From positions 1,179,459 to 1,243,458 of the forward strand of contig RDEW01000003.1 in assembly GCA_011109175.1 (NCBI GenBank): a stretch of 64,000 nt of DNA, given 5' to 3'. The translations under genes were made by a program, and so were the position numbers. Positions 1 through 10,990 of this stretch are shown here, in pieces. Source of the DNA: Dicyema japonicum (Eukaryota > Animalia > Dicyemida). The notes under the pieces were generated by a model. That model did no database searches. It saw only the letters and a list, made by a program, of their open reading frames with translations, and was not told where the DNA came from. Every line of letters starts with the position of its first letter. Position 1 is the stretch's first letter.

Positions 1-115
1 TATAAACGATCCGGTTCAACAGTGAGGTATTCGCTGATAACGGTGTCACTCATCGAAACCGAAGCATTGTAGATGGGTGGAACTTTCTGCTAGAATGTAT
101 TTGAAATATTCGAAC
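1..115 (-). mobile_element. tRNA-derived SINE-like repeat, partial copy
   Basis: Shares GATCCGGTTC..CAGTGA..CTGATRACGG.GTCACTC..AAGCAT.GTAGATG.GTGGAAC..AGAATGTA with copies at ~9352, 19151, 36320 (inverted) and 49945. Confidence 0.65.
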
Positions 116-847
116 TTTTTAAAGGGATTTATAACATTGACAAAAAATCGCCTTAATTATTGTCCCATGCATCACATCCGCTTGTGCCACAATGTCCAGT
201 CAAATTCTTAAGCTTGAACATCTCACAACCAATGTTTAATCACCAAGTAAAAATCTATTTTTTTATTTTGAATAATATTCATTTAAATGATTTAAATTTT
301 TTCTTAATTAAACACGTTTTATTTAACAATAAAATATTATTTATTAACAATAACGGGGGAGAGAGGCTGCTGACATTACGGAGTAAGAGTTTCCGCGGAC
401 AATGCAATTCCGATTCGTTGCCTCAGCCAGACCGCTTAATGATTTAAATGATTAATTTTTTTACTGGAATACGTATACATACACTTTGGTCAGCCACAAT
501 AGGCTTAGGGTAAATTTTACATATTTGAGATCTTGTACACATCAATAGATTTTGATAATAACTCAGATATAAAAAAATGATGTTATATAGTCATTTTTCA
601 AGTGAAATTTATATTGTTACATTCGAAAATTCGCTCCACACATTAACATTAAAGAATGCGATAATTATATTTAAAATTTAAAGATATTATTTCAATTTAT
701 CCGAAAATTTAAATTAATTGCCACGTGAATATTATTCATGTTTTTATGGTGAACTTTGGTAATTTTTTACTCTTATAAAATTCACGGATTATGTTCCACA
801 TGTCTGACTCTATTTTTGAACTTTAAATTCACATGCAAGTTAAGGAT

Positions 848-3530
848 TCTTTATTATTATTATTTAAGCCAAAGAAACACCGTCTTAACCAATAACTAAT
901 ATTCAGGTGATCCCGGCATCTCTCAATAATCGGGCCATTTTTTCTCGATGCTCCGACTGTGATCCCACGCATTTTCTATACGGACGGGGGTCTTTTTCCT
1001 TTTCTCTTCTGAAATTGCCTCCAGTTGCCTCTATGATAGACTCGAGTGCTCTGGGGCAATTTCTTTATCTGTATATTTTTCTAGTAACTTTTTTGCTCTT
1101 GACTGGATATCTTGAATTTTTGTTAGGTTCGTTGCCGACAGGTTAGATCCCCATGCAGCACATGCATAGCCTATTGTTGGCTCGACATACTGCTTGTAGA
1201 GGGTCCCGATACCTGGCGGATAAATTCCTCCACAGTTCCAAAGGAAGGCCTTTACAAAATTGATCTTCTTTGCACAGGTTGATATGATAGATTCCACATG
1301 GGCTGAGAAGCAGAGGAAAGTATCAAAAGTTACTCCCAGTATCTTCTGCGATTTCTTTTGTGGTATAGGTACTCCATTTAACGTGACATCAATTGTTTGC
1401 GTTCCCATCTTTCTATTCTTAGTAAATAGAGTGACTGCTGACTTTTCGGAACATGCATTTAATCGATTTCGCACAACCATCCAAATATGTTATTTAGTAT
1501 TCCTTGTAGTCTTTCTTAGCATGTTCGACGTTTACGTCTCTAGATGCGACAACTATGTCATCGGCATAGGAAAGTAGTATGTCATTATTATTCATAGGTA
1601 CGGGAGATCACTCAAAAACAAATTAAAAAGGATTGGTGAAGAGGAGATCCTTGGGGTACACCATTGGGTAATAATCCGATCTGGAACTCTTGTTTCCGAC
1701 GGATACTTTCCCTCGGCGTCCACTTACGAAATTTGCTAACCATAACTTTAATGGTGCATCAATTTTTGTCAAAAATATTTTTCGTATGAGGATCTTCCTT
1801 GGGACAGAGTCGAAAGCTTTTTGAATGTCGATCGTACATATGACCGATTTTTCCTGTTTTGGCTTGTTCTTGTGTCCTTCAGTTATGAACTTCATTAATG
1901 TTGTTAGGAAGGAGGTTGTTGATAATCCTTCCTTGAAGCCATGTTGGAATGTTTGTGGGAGAGAAGGGCGAATAACTTTTAGGACCAGTTTCTCCAGGAT
2001 TCTCGAAAACACATATAAGGGAAACTGGTCTGTAAGAGCCGGGATCGTTCTTCGGTCTTCCCGGCTTCAATATTGGTCGAATTTTTGATAGTTTCCATAA
2101 AGTCGGTATGGTATTTGTTCAGCGATGTGTTGTAGATGTTTGTTAATGCATTTATTGATGCTGGGCCCAAGTGTTTCAGCAGAATAAAAGGAATTCCGTC
2201 TGGGCCACATGAGTTTGTTTTTTCTAATTTGACATTGCTTTGGATACATCTTTGGGAGAAAATAAATCAGCGGGGCAAATTTGGATGGCTTTCTCTTTAT
2301 TTTCGTTTGTGAGTTAATCTTTTTATAAGGAATGTGACTGATTCGAATACAATGTTTCATATATTTATTCAGATTGAGCTGGCATTGTTCTTTGTTATCT
2401 TCGTATTCTGGGTTCTTCAGACGCCTCAACATCTTCCACATGTTGGAAATTGAGGTCTGGTTATTCATGGCAGCAGAGATTCGCCTGAGTTTCTTCCTTT
2501 GGGTGTTGTTTGTGCTTTTCGTGATAAGAATGTTTAGGTCTATGGAGGAGAAATTTTCAGATTGGAAATGTTCCAGTTTTGAATCAACGAAATTTGTAAA
2601 GCCAGTCCAATTTGCATTTTTTGTAATCATAGAAATGAATAGGCTTCGGTACAAGCGTGGCTCGCAGTTCAGCTTCATTAAACATTGAATGGTGGTCGCT
2701 CCGGAGTCATAAACGGACCGTCCAATTAATGATCGTGGAAAGACGAGGTGAGCAGACGGATAAGTCCGGAGATGTCACCATGTCCTTCGCGTTGTATGGT
2801 GTCCTAGAGTTCTTTATCGGGTTGTTGATGATTATTAAGTTTTGCATTTGGGATAGTAGCAGGTTCCTCTGTTATCAGCGGATTGGTAGCGGAACCAAGA
2901 AGGGTGCTTCGCATTAAGGTCTCCACATAAAAGCAAGTTCTCCAGTTTGTCCAAGGGTAGATAGGTCAAAGGAGAAATTTTTCTTGCAGGAGCCAGGAGG
3001 AGGAACATAAACATTCGCAATTTCAATTTTTCCAATGGAAGTTATAACAGAGATTCCAATTATCTCCGTGTTTCGAGTCTTCCATTAAGCTCTTGTAAAG
3101 AGAAGGGTTCTCGAGGTATTTTATTCCTTTTCTCACAAGAGTCAGTAGACCCCCTCCTTGACCAGATGGGCGGTCGGATCTTACTGTGTTGTATCCGTTA
3201 AAGAGAGAGTAGGAATGTTATTTGAAAGTTTCGTTTCCTGGAGAAGGCAGATGTCCACTCTGTTCCTCTCCAAGAATAAGGAAAGTTCGGCAATTTTTCC
3301 TCTGATCCCGTTTATGTTTAAGCTTTGGATTGTTAACTTCTTTGGGCCTGGGTTTTGTTCCACGTCTCCTGAGGTCAACAGTCTCAATCGATAGAATGTT
3401 CCAACAGTGAGAGAATACCGTCCAGTGGGAAGTCCTCTGGTTTGGTAGAGAGCAAATGGTTCTTTTTTAGATATAGTTTAGGACTATATCCGACGCCACC
3501 AGAAACGGTGAACCACATGACGCACGCTAA
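848..3530 (-). mobile_element. Decayed single-ORF non-LTR retrotransposon (APE endonuclease + RT) with N-terminal 2A-like peptide
   Basis: Frameshifted ORFs give LLTSGDVEQNPGP then APE (LNINGIRGK..DICLLQETKL; GDLNAKHPSW; SDH), RT (SYRPVSL, QHGFKEGLST, DIQKAFDSV, YADD at ~1555-1570, ILGVTFD) and C-terminus MARLLRDAGIT*; (TAA)n-like tail at ~850-865. Confidence 0.9.
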
Positions 3531-3619
3531 TATACTATAAAGAACCCTAATTTTTAATATTTAATTTTTTTTATTTAAAGACATATTTATTTATAACAAT
3601 AAAATCGTTCTAAAGTCCA

Positions 3620-3810
3620 GCGGATATGATCGAGTGGCTGTTACCTCTGACTACTGCCAGGGATATCCTTTGGAAAAGCCACTCGGTTTCCCGACGCTCC
3701 CTCGAGGCTTTGGTCAATAGACACCCAAGTGCTCTAAGGAAAGAGACCGTCTTGGGGCCAAAGACTCCGCTCGTCTCGACGACCACTGGCTGTACATGGA
3801 AACGGTAATA
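3620..3810 (-). mobile_element. CRE-clade non-LTR retrotransposon 3' fragment (RLE domain end)
   Basis: Minus strand reads QPVVVETSGVFGPKT..RRETEWLFQRISLAVVRGN, the same terminal motif as the longer CRE copies. Confidence 0.75.
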
Positions 3811-3937
3811 TTTAATTATATACTACATTAAATTTTATTTGTATCTAAAATTTGGAGTGTCATTTTAAGCGATAAATTGTGAATCTTATTAATGTCACAA
3901 GGGCCATTCGTGTAATAAAAAGAAGAGACAAGCTAGA

Positions 3938-4323
3938 CAGGGGCGTTGCCAAAACTTTCTGTTCTCCGGGAGAGTGTATGATAATGGTGTGCCTTATAAC
4001 TACTTAAAAAATCGGTAATAAATGAATCGATGCTTATCAAATTAACCTGACATGCGCTGATTTGACATCAAAAACCTCAAATATGATTGTATCTGTTTTA
4101 ACTTTGAAAAAGAACGTTCACAACTGACAATTGAGTAGCCAAAGTCTTCAGCGCTATCAGTAGAACGTGTGATCGCTAGAAGCCAATTTTGTCTATGATG
4201 AAAAAACATCGAGAAAAAAATGAGTATAACATAATAACATGAACTCTATGACTTGGATCTGTTTCTTCCTACAGGTGCTGCTATGGGTGGCTGCCTTTAT
4301 GGTCCCCTCTAGGCACGCCCATG
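3938..4323. mobile_element. Possible old hAT-type MITE
   Basis: Imperfect TIRs CAGGGGCGTTGCC / GGCACGCCCATG; flanks AAGCTAGA / CAGCTGGA resemble a decayed 8-bp TSD. Confidence 0.4.
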
Positions 4324-4825
4324 CAGCTGGACGATACAGAAGCAACCCTCGATAGAAATTCCAGAAGAATCAATCACATTCCTCTCCAGACATCTCCACC
4401 TCTTGGATACATCAAAGTTTTGGCACCCTCACTTGACCAGCTTGGTTGATATTATCAATCAAATCCTTTTCCAGGTCCACCAATACACTAAGGGACTTGT
4501 GGGTACGCCTAAACTCTCTTTAATACGTTTCAATGTCTCTGACAAAATATCGCTTGCCATATCTTAAATTCTTCAAAATATCCTATCATTCGAAGGGAAA
4601 CCTACTTAAATTTAGATGCGATCACCTCCAAGAACAAATCTGCTATGGAGACAACAGAAGGTTTTTTTAGAAATTCACCTTAAGCGTTTTATTTTTCGCA
4701 ATTATATAGGCAAATTATTTTGCAAATAAAAAAATAATTTCATAGGATGCCCAAAGAGTAGTATTGTTCTTTGAAAACATTGCCAGTGACAAAATTTTAG
4801 AGGTCATATTTTAACGTTTAATAAA

Positions 4826-5760
4826 ATGCCTGGTTTGGGTCTTTCTCTTCCTTCGGACGTTGCTTTGGGCGCCTATTTATCTTCGTTCGGCTCGTCAAGG
4901 CGTTTAGTGGATACGGTCCTTCACTCTATTTCCGGACTAAACGTACCGCTGACGCCGTCGGGAGCCTGGGATGAATTTATACCTGAATACTCCGGCCAGT
5001 TGTGATAAGCAAAAGTCCTATTTGTTTTGTGTCTTCGAAAAGAAGAAAGAGTCCCTTGAAACGACGGAAGATGTAAGAAGGCTTGCTTGCCTCAAAACGG
5101 CCAGTTGTCACTCGACGGGGGCCTGGATGAACGCTTATCCATCTGCCGAAATTGGAAACCTGTTGGATGATGAAGCTGTGAGAATAGCTACCTCGCTTCG
5201 TCTAGGTCTTAAATTGTGTGCCGAAAGAAAATGCCGCTGTGGACGTTGGATCGATCCTTTTGGTTATCATCCCTTGTCATGCAAGATGTGTGCGGGTCGT
5301 TTCCCTAGGCACTCCTGTCTTAACATGGCATTAAAGAATTCCCTTGCCTCTGCTGGACACCATTGCCTGTTAGAACCTGCTGGTCTTTCCCGAAACGATG
5401 GAAAACGCCCTGATGGGATGACGACTTTTCCATTCGCCAACGGACGAAACCTGATCTGGGACGCGACGTGTGTCGATACTTATTTCCCGTCTAATTTGGT
5501 TGCTTCTGCTTCAGTCCCAGGAAATGCTTCGAAGCAGGCCGAGGAACGGAAGAGGAGAAGTACCAGAGAATTTCGGAAGAGTATCTTTTTGTTCCATTCG
5601 CGGTGGAAACGTCAGGAATCCTTGGCCCCCAAGCAGATGAGTTGGTTCGTAAGATCGGCTCCATGATTCAAGCTGTGACCAAGGATCCGCGAGAGACTGG
5701 TTGGTTCGAGAACGTATCTCGTTGGTTATTGTTAGGGGAAATAGCATGGCCATTCAGATG
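4826..5760 (+). mobile_element. CRE-clade non-LTR retrotransposon 3' part (zinc-knuckle + restriction-like endonuclease)
   Basis: GAWMNAYPS..LRLGL..CRCG..HPLSC..RH..LEPAGLSRNDGKRPDG..WDATCVDT..AEERK; frameshift then ETSGILGP..RGN. Confidence 0.85.
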
Positions 5761-7029
5761 CATTAATATATTAAACAAAATTGAGTTGTTTGCGTACATT
5801 CTTTAATTCTCATATTCTATTTAAAAAAATATATAAAAAAATATAATACTGTTCAAGAGTGAGGTTGATATTCGGATGGTAAAGATTAATCAAATTTTTA
5901 TAAATATGATTTTATGATTTTTAAATTTAAAATTCATGGTGCTCCATGAATTTTTTCTCTAGACCCAGTTTGAAAACGTTGTTTTAACTCTTGCAAAAAT
6001 GCGGCCTTGGTAGATATTAAGGTATCATTCAGAAAACCTCCTGGAAAATTGATTTTTTTGATAAGACGCTTTTAAACTCTACGAGCCTCCTACTAGTTAG
6101 TGAGACCGGGGTTACTTAATTAACTAAACTCTACTACCCACTTCCATTCTACCAACTTCTGTGCAGCTCTAAAAGACGGTTGATATTTATTAGAATCTTT
6201 CAAAATAGTGTATTTTTTCAATAAAGGATTACTTTTGTTTTTGATATCGTCTTTCGAAGCAAGTGCAAAATCTATCCACTGATTACTTGCACAAAATAAA
6301 ATCATTTTATAATTTAAAATTTGAGTTTTTTCATTAAAAATAAGACGTGTATAGCGTACACGCGAAGCACTTAAATTCATGTGCTAATAAAATTTTAATT
6401 TTTTTCATTTTATATTATATTAAAAATTAAATTTAAATTGTTTTATATTAAAAATTAAATTAAAAATTGTGGGCAATTTAAAAAGTTGGCCAATTAATAA
6501 GGAGAATAGGATTTTTGTGGCCAATTTAAAAACAGGCCAATTTGCGAGGTTTGACTTTACGTGAGTTAGAATCAATAATTCGAATTATCTATTTAAAACA
6601 AATGCGGATTCATAAGGTGCAATCTGTAGTTGAAAACACCAGGGTCCAGATCAAGGTAGAGGGTATTATCCGAACCTTGATGTTAGTCAAGCGAAAATAA
6701 AGCTGAGATTGTGGTACACGATAAGGAGTATGGCCAAGTCCTCATTATAGAAGTTGGCATTACGTCACAAGACCGTTTGCAGACTGTGGAGGTGGAGAAA
6801 AAATGAACTAGGACTTCATTGCAAACGAGATGTGGCAGATGTTTAGTTTGCAAAGTCATCACTAGGGCAAGTTGTTTCTAGCACTTAAAAAAATTTTTTT
6901 AGCGCTAAAAAATCACAAAATCTAGCAATTATAATTAAAAAAGTTAGCACTTAAAATGATAAAATCTAGCATTTAAATTTGTCTAATCTATAACTTAAAA
7001 TAATAAAATATAACATTTAAATTTTATTT

Positions 7030-7487
7030 GGAAGAATGAAATTGTCAGGCGAGCTATGGATGCCGCTGGATACTTGGCCATTCTTGAACCGGTCGGGTTA
7101 TGCAGAAGTGTCGGGAAACGACCGGACGAGATGACCATATTTCCATTTGAGGCCGGGAAACCACTGGTTTGGGATGCGACATGTACAGACACGTTCGCCC
7201 AGAAAAATCTTCACGAGAGTGCTACAAGGGCCTGTTCAGCATCTGTAAAGGCGGAGAAGGCCAAACTTGTTAAATACGTCGACCTTCCCGATGATGTCAA
7301 ATTTGTTCCCCTTGCTATGGAGACTTCCGGATCCTACTCCCCCTCTACACTCGAGTTTCTCGGACGTCTTGAAAACCGGATCACCTCATGCACTGGAGAT
7401 CTCCGTGAACGCCGCTGGCTATTTGAGCGAATTTCGCTCGCAATTTTGAGAGGGAACAGCCACGCAGTGAGGGCGGCAACTACCTGA
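7030..7487 (+). mobile_element. CRE-clade 3' fragment (RLE domain)
   Basis: LEPVGL..GKRPDEMT..WDATCTDT..AEKAKLVKY..FVPLAMETSG..ERISLAILRGNS. Confidence 0.85.
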
Positions 7488-7782
7488 CTTCTATTGTTTA
7501 AATGTCCTTTCATCACTTAAAAATGGGATTTTTTCAATTTTATTTATTGTAATATAATAAAAGTTAATGCCTGATATTGTCTGGATGGAAGTTCCTATTT
7601 TTTTTTAAATATTTTTTAGCATTTTAATTGCTCTTTCAACAGATGCATAGGATGCCTGACAGCGTGAAAGAGAAAAATAATCTTGTTAGCTAATTTTTGG
7701 TTCAGTCATTTCAATAATAAGTTTAAATCCATTTTCCTCCATTCTTTTATTTATATAATTTTTGATATTTGCCTTGTCATTA

Positions 7783-8435
7783 TCAAAATGTAGTCCTTGT
7801 ATAATAGTAATCTTCCATCATTTGATTGCAAGGAATCACTTCGTCCATTCTCAGAACATGTCCGATAAGTAGCCAGCGTGAGGTAATTACTTCTCTGCTT
7901 ATCGGTTTGCATTTACATAATTTGTAGAGAGTGTCTTTTTTGATAATCTGTGGCCATTTAGTTCCCGCAATTTTTATCAATTGATTTCTATGAAATGTGT
8001 CTAGTCAGTCACGGTCCGTTTTTGATGTTCCCCATGTTCCCGAGTTATATAATAGGACTGGTTGTATGAACGCGCTATATAAGCGCATCCGAAGATTTAA
8101 GGAGATAAGTTTTCTGCGAGTCCAAATACTCCACATCTTTTCGAAAAACATGTTGTAATCGACAATGTTTTTCGCAAAGTGGTCAAATGCACGATCGCCT
8201 TGAAATTTTCAATTGGACCTGCAGGTTTGCCAGGTTTTTGTAAAGGAAGTAGAACTCCCATCGCGATGTCAATTGAACAATGAGTCCTGAATATCTTGTT
8301 GAATATGAAAGTTATCTTTTCTGCTAGCTGGGTTGGTGCGTATTTTAACAACTCCTTACAAATATTGTCATAGCCAGTTGCTCTGTTGTTATTCAACCGA
8401 AGGAGTGCTCCGCGAATTTCGGAATCCGTAAACAC
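7783..8435 (-). mobile_element. RTE-like non-LTR retrotransposon fragment with RT core deleted
   Basis: NNNRATGYDNI..ELLKY..PLQKPGK..TLRKTLSI joined directly to C-terminal RLYSAFIQPVLLYNSGTW..RWLLIGHVLRM. Confidence 0.8.
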
Positions 8436-9351
8436 ATTATTAACTGCAATTTAAATTAGCAGTTAAACAAAAATTAGCATTTAAAATTAAAAATAGCACT
8501 TATAGCATTTATAATGTATGTTTTTTTAAACAAAATTAAAAAATAATTATTCCAAATTCAATCGTATATTTAAAAAAGTATAAATAATAAAAATAGCATT
8601 TTAGCACTTAAATTGCCCTAGTCATCACAATTCCATTAGTAATGACGTGGGAAGGGGGAATTTCAACAAAGTACTACACGGGTTATCTACAAAAGGGGTA
8701 GATAGGAAGCTCCAAGTCCACCAACAGCCCCCTGTTTTAAAGTGAACCCTAGAGAGCATGCCATTGGAGTATAAGCTGAGTCCGGAGATGTCATATAGGC
8801 AAAGGTCTCAAGTGGACAATGCGCTCTCAGAGCTGTTCGAACCGACCTGAGAAAGCTGGCGATCAGACAGAAGAGAAAGGCTGCTAATTTTTTAAATATT
8901 GACTTTTTTAATAAAATAAGCTAAAGTTAGTTGAGGTTGAAATGTTGATTTTTTATTGTTATGAGGTTGAAATGTTGATTTTTTATTGTTTTTAGTTGTT
9001 ATGGCATTATTTTTTAGATGCCATATTCTGAATTTTAAGGTGCGATAGAAAACATCCCTAACTAATCATTTGCTGGGTCCCTAATGCAAAATCTAGTCTC
9101 CGAAGATTGTGCTGTGATAAAAGCGACCTGGAAATATACATATTAATGAAAATTATTTATCTGATTTATGTTAGCATTATCGATTATTCAGACATCACAT
9201 GAAAGCAAAAAATAAGAAGTTAATTCGCTTGATGTTTTGGATTTATTTTCATTACTGTTCTTTTTTTCTTAGATAAATTGCGAGTTCTACTTAATTGGAG
9301 GTTCAAGTAATAAAAACATTACTAATCCTAGCAGGTGAGTTCTTATAAAGA

Positions 9352-9465
9352 GATCCGGTCCCACAGTAAGGTATTCACTAATAACGGTGTCACTTGTAAA
9401 ATCTTAAGCATCGTCGATGCATAGAACTTCTACCGGAATGTACAGCAGTGAGATTTGAACCCGGA
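9352..9465 (-). mobile_element. tRNA-derived SINE-like repeat copy
   Basis: Aligns by eye to the 19151 and 49945 copies; B-box-like GGGTTCAAATCTC on minus. Confidence 0.65.
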
Positions 9466-9560
9466 TTTATTAAACTTGATTAAACGAATTTTATATAAAT
9501 TAATTATTTTTAGTAAAAGGGAAATATTTGAAAATATATTTTGAAAAAATTGTATAAATT

Positions 9561-10990
9561 ATGAGGTCGTACAAACCAGGTGACGTTGTCGATCAATCTT
9601 TTCCTTTCGTCCACGTTCTGACACAAAAATTGCTTGCGAAAAAATGTTCTTGGTAATTTGAAGAATCAAATCTCAAAATATGTAAAAACTGCAAAACCCT
9701 TAAATACTGTAGTATAGCCTGCCAAGTTTTACAAATGTTTAAATTTAGAAAAAATCTTGGCAAATCCATAAATTTGAGTGTAGCAAAATTGCTAAAGAAG
9801 TCCCCTCAGATCACATTCGCTTATTCTTCCAACTTATCGTAAAAGTATTCTGTACATTTATTTGAAGCACAAATTAGGGATTTTGGACCAAAAGGAAGAT
9901 TCAGATGAAAGATCATTCAATGATTTGGTCTCAAGTTTGTCTGATTATATTTTTTTAGATTCTGAGATTTCGGTCGATACATATAAGTTAACTTTCATTT
10001 TTGCCTTAAGTCACTACGTAGATATACACGAATCCCTGAGTGTAAAAGCAGCATTCGACATTTTCTGTAGAATGTGCACCAACGTATTCACAATTGATGA
10101 GAATATGGATTTCACGATAAAGGGGCTTGGTATTTACCTAAAGTTGTGAATATTTTACGGTTATTCTAGCAGCACAAAATATAATCATTCCTGTGTGCCT
10201 ACCGCAATTGTTAGATACGAAGGAATTCAGCAACAAATTGTTGCTATCCATAATATTTCTGTGGAGGTTGATTTATCGTAACTTTCAGAATATTTACATA
10301 TCCTATATTGCCTAATTAAAAATAGAGCAGAAAGGCATGCCAACTTAAAACATTATTGCTTTACTTGTGACTGTCCCCGTTGCAAAGATGATGACTTTGA
10401 TGCTGAAATCAATGCTACTAAATGCCCTTAATGCCAGACAGGTTTGGTAGACTTATCAAATCGGTGTAAACGTGTGATTTCCAAGTGGATGATAAATATT
10501 TAGAACAGCGTCGCCAGATGTGTAAAGAATGCAGTGAATTAATATCCCAAATGTAATTTATTAACAAATTCGTAGAGAAACAGATTCGGATGTGTCTGCT
10601 ATCCCAAAAATTAAAGATATTTTAAACAAATGGACTCCTTCTATGCTACCGACCACTCACATTCATTATACGAATTTGAAAATATTTCCTAGCAACGTTT
10701 CTCATCAAGAGTGAGGATTACCGAGAAGGCTTAACTTCTTTTGAAAGCATATACGATCGATTCAAGTTGATTTTTTATCAAATTAGAATGTTTTATGGGA
10801 TAACTTCCAATATGTCTATGCTGGCTTATAAAATAATAACTTGTAGGGATATCTCGGGCTTCCGGTTTCAAAAAAGTTATATTCGGAGGTGAGAAAATAT
10901 TGGAACTATTTAGACCGTGAACATGCTTAAGATTACTCATGGAGATAAGAGTGAACAACTCGACTTTTTGAGGACATCCGTCTTAAATGT
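9561..10990 (+). pseudogene. SMYD-family SET/MYND lysine methyltransferase pseudogene (3' end approximate)
   Basis: After removing 22-27-nt GT-AG introns: MRSYKPGDVV..CSW*F..CKNCKTLKYCSIACQKKSWQIHKFEC..GLGIY..YNHSCVP..ISYI..YCFTCDCPRC; in-frame TAA at 9654-9656 and 10429-10431 and a frameshift near 10310. Confidence 0.8.

Larger units (their letters stand above)
6863..8620. mobile_element. Non-autonomous hAT element with nested retroelement fragments
   Basis: TIR TAGGGCAA/TTGCCCTA; exact 8-bp TSD GTCATCAC (6855-6862, 8621-8628); subterminal TAGCA(C/T)TT repeats; SYASVERA hAT-dimerisation-like remnant on minus at ~7625-7655. Confidence 0.85.
6600..8790 (+). mobile_element. R4/Dong-like RLE retrotransposon fragment, split by a hAT insertion
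   Basis: HKVQSVVENT..IVVHDK..LIIEVGITSQDRLQTVEVEK..ANE..KVIT continues after the TSD as IPLVMTWEG..TKYY; the halves at 6600-6862 and 8621-8790 rejoin. Confidence 0.7.

Noticed and set aside
1260-2917. Plus-strand ORFs over the LINE and other antisense ORFs
   Set aside because: They are shadows of minus-strand coding sequence with no recognisable motifs.
8931-8990. 30-bp tandem duplication
   Set aside because: A simple two-copy slippage with no functional evidence.
9654-10431. TAA read as an amino acid (alternative genetic code) in the SMYD gene
   Set aside because: One TAA sits at a Cys position and there is also a frameshift. The other genes decode in the standard code once micro-introns are removed and end in TAA/TAG.
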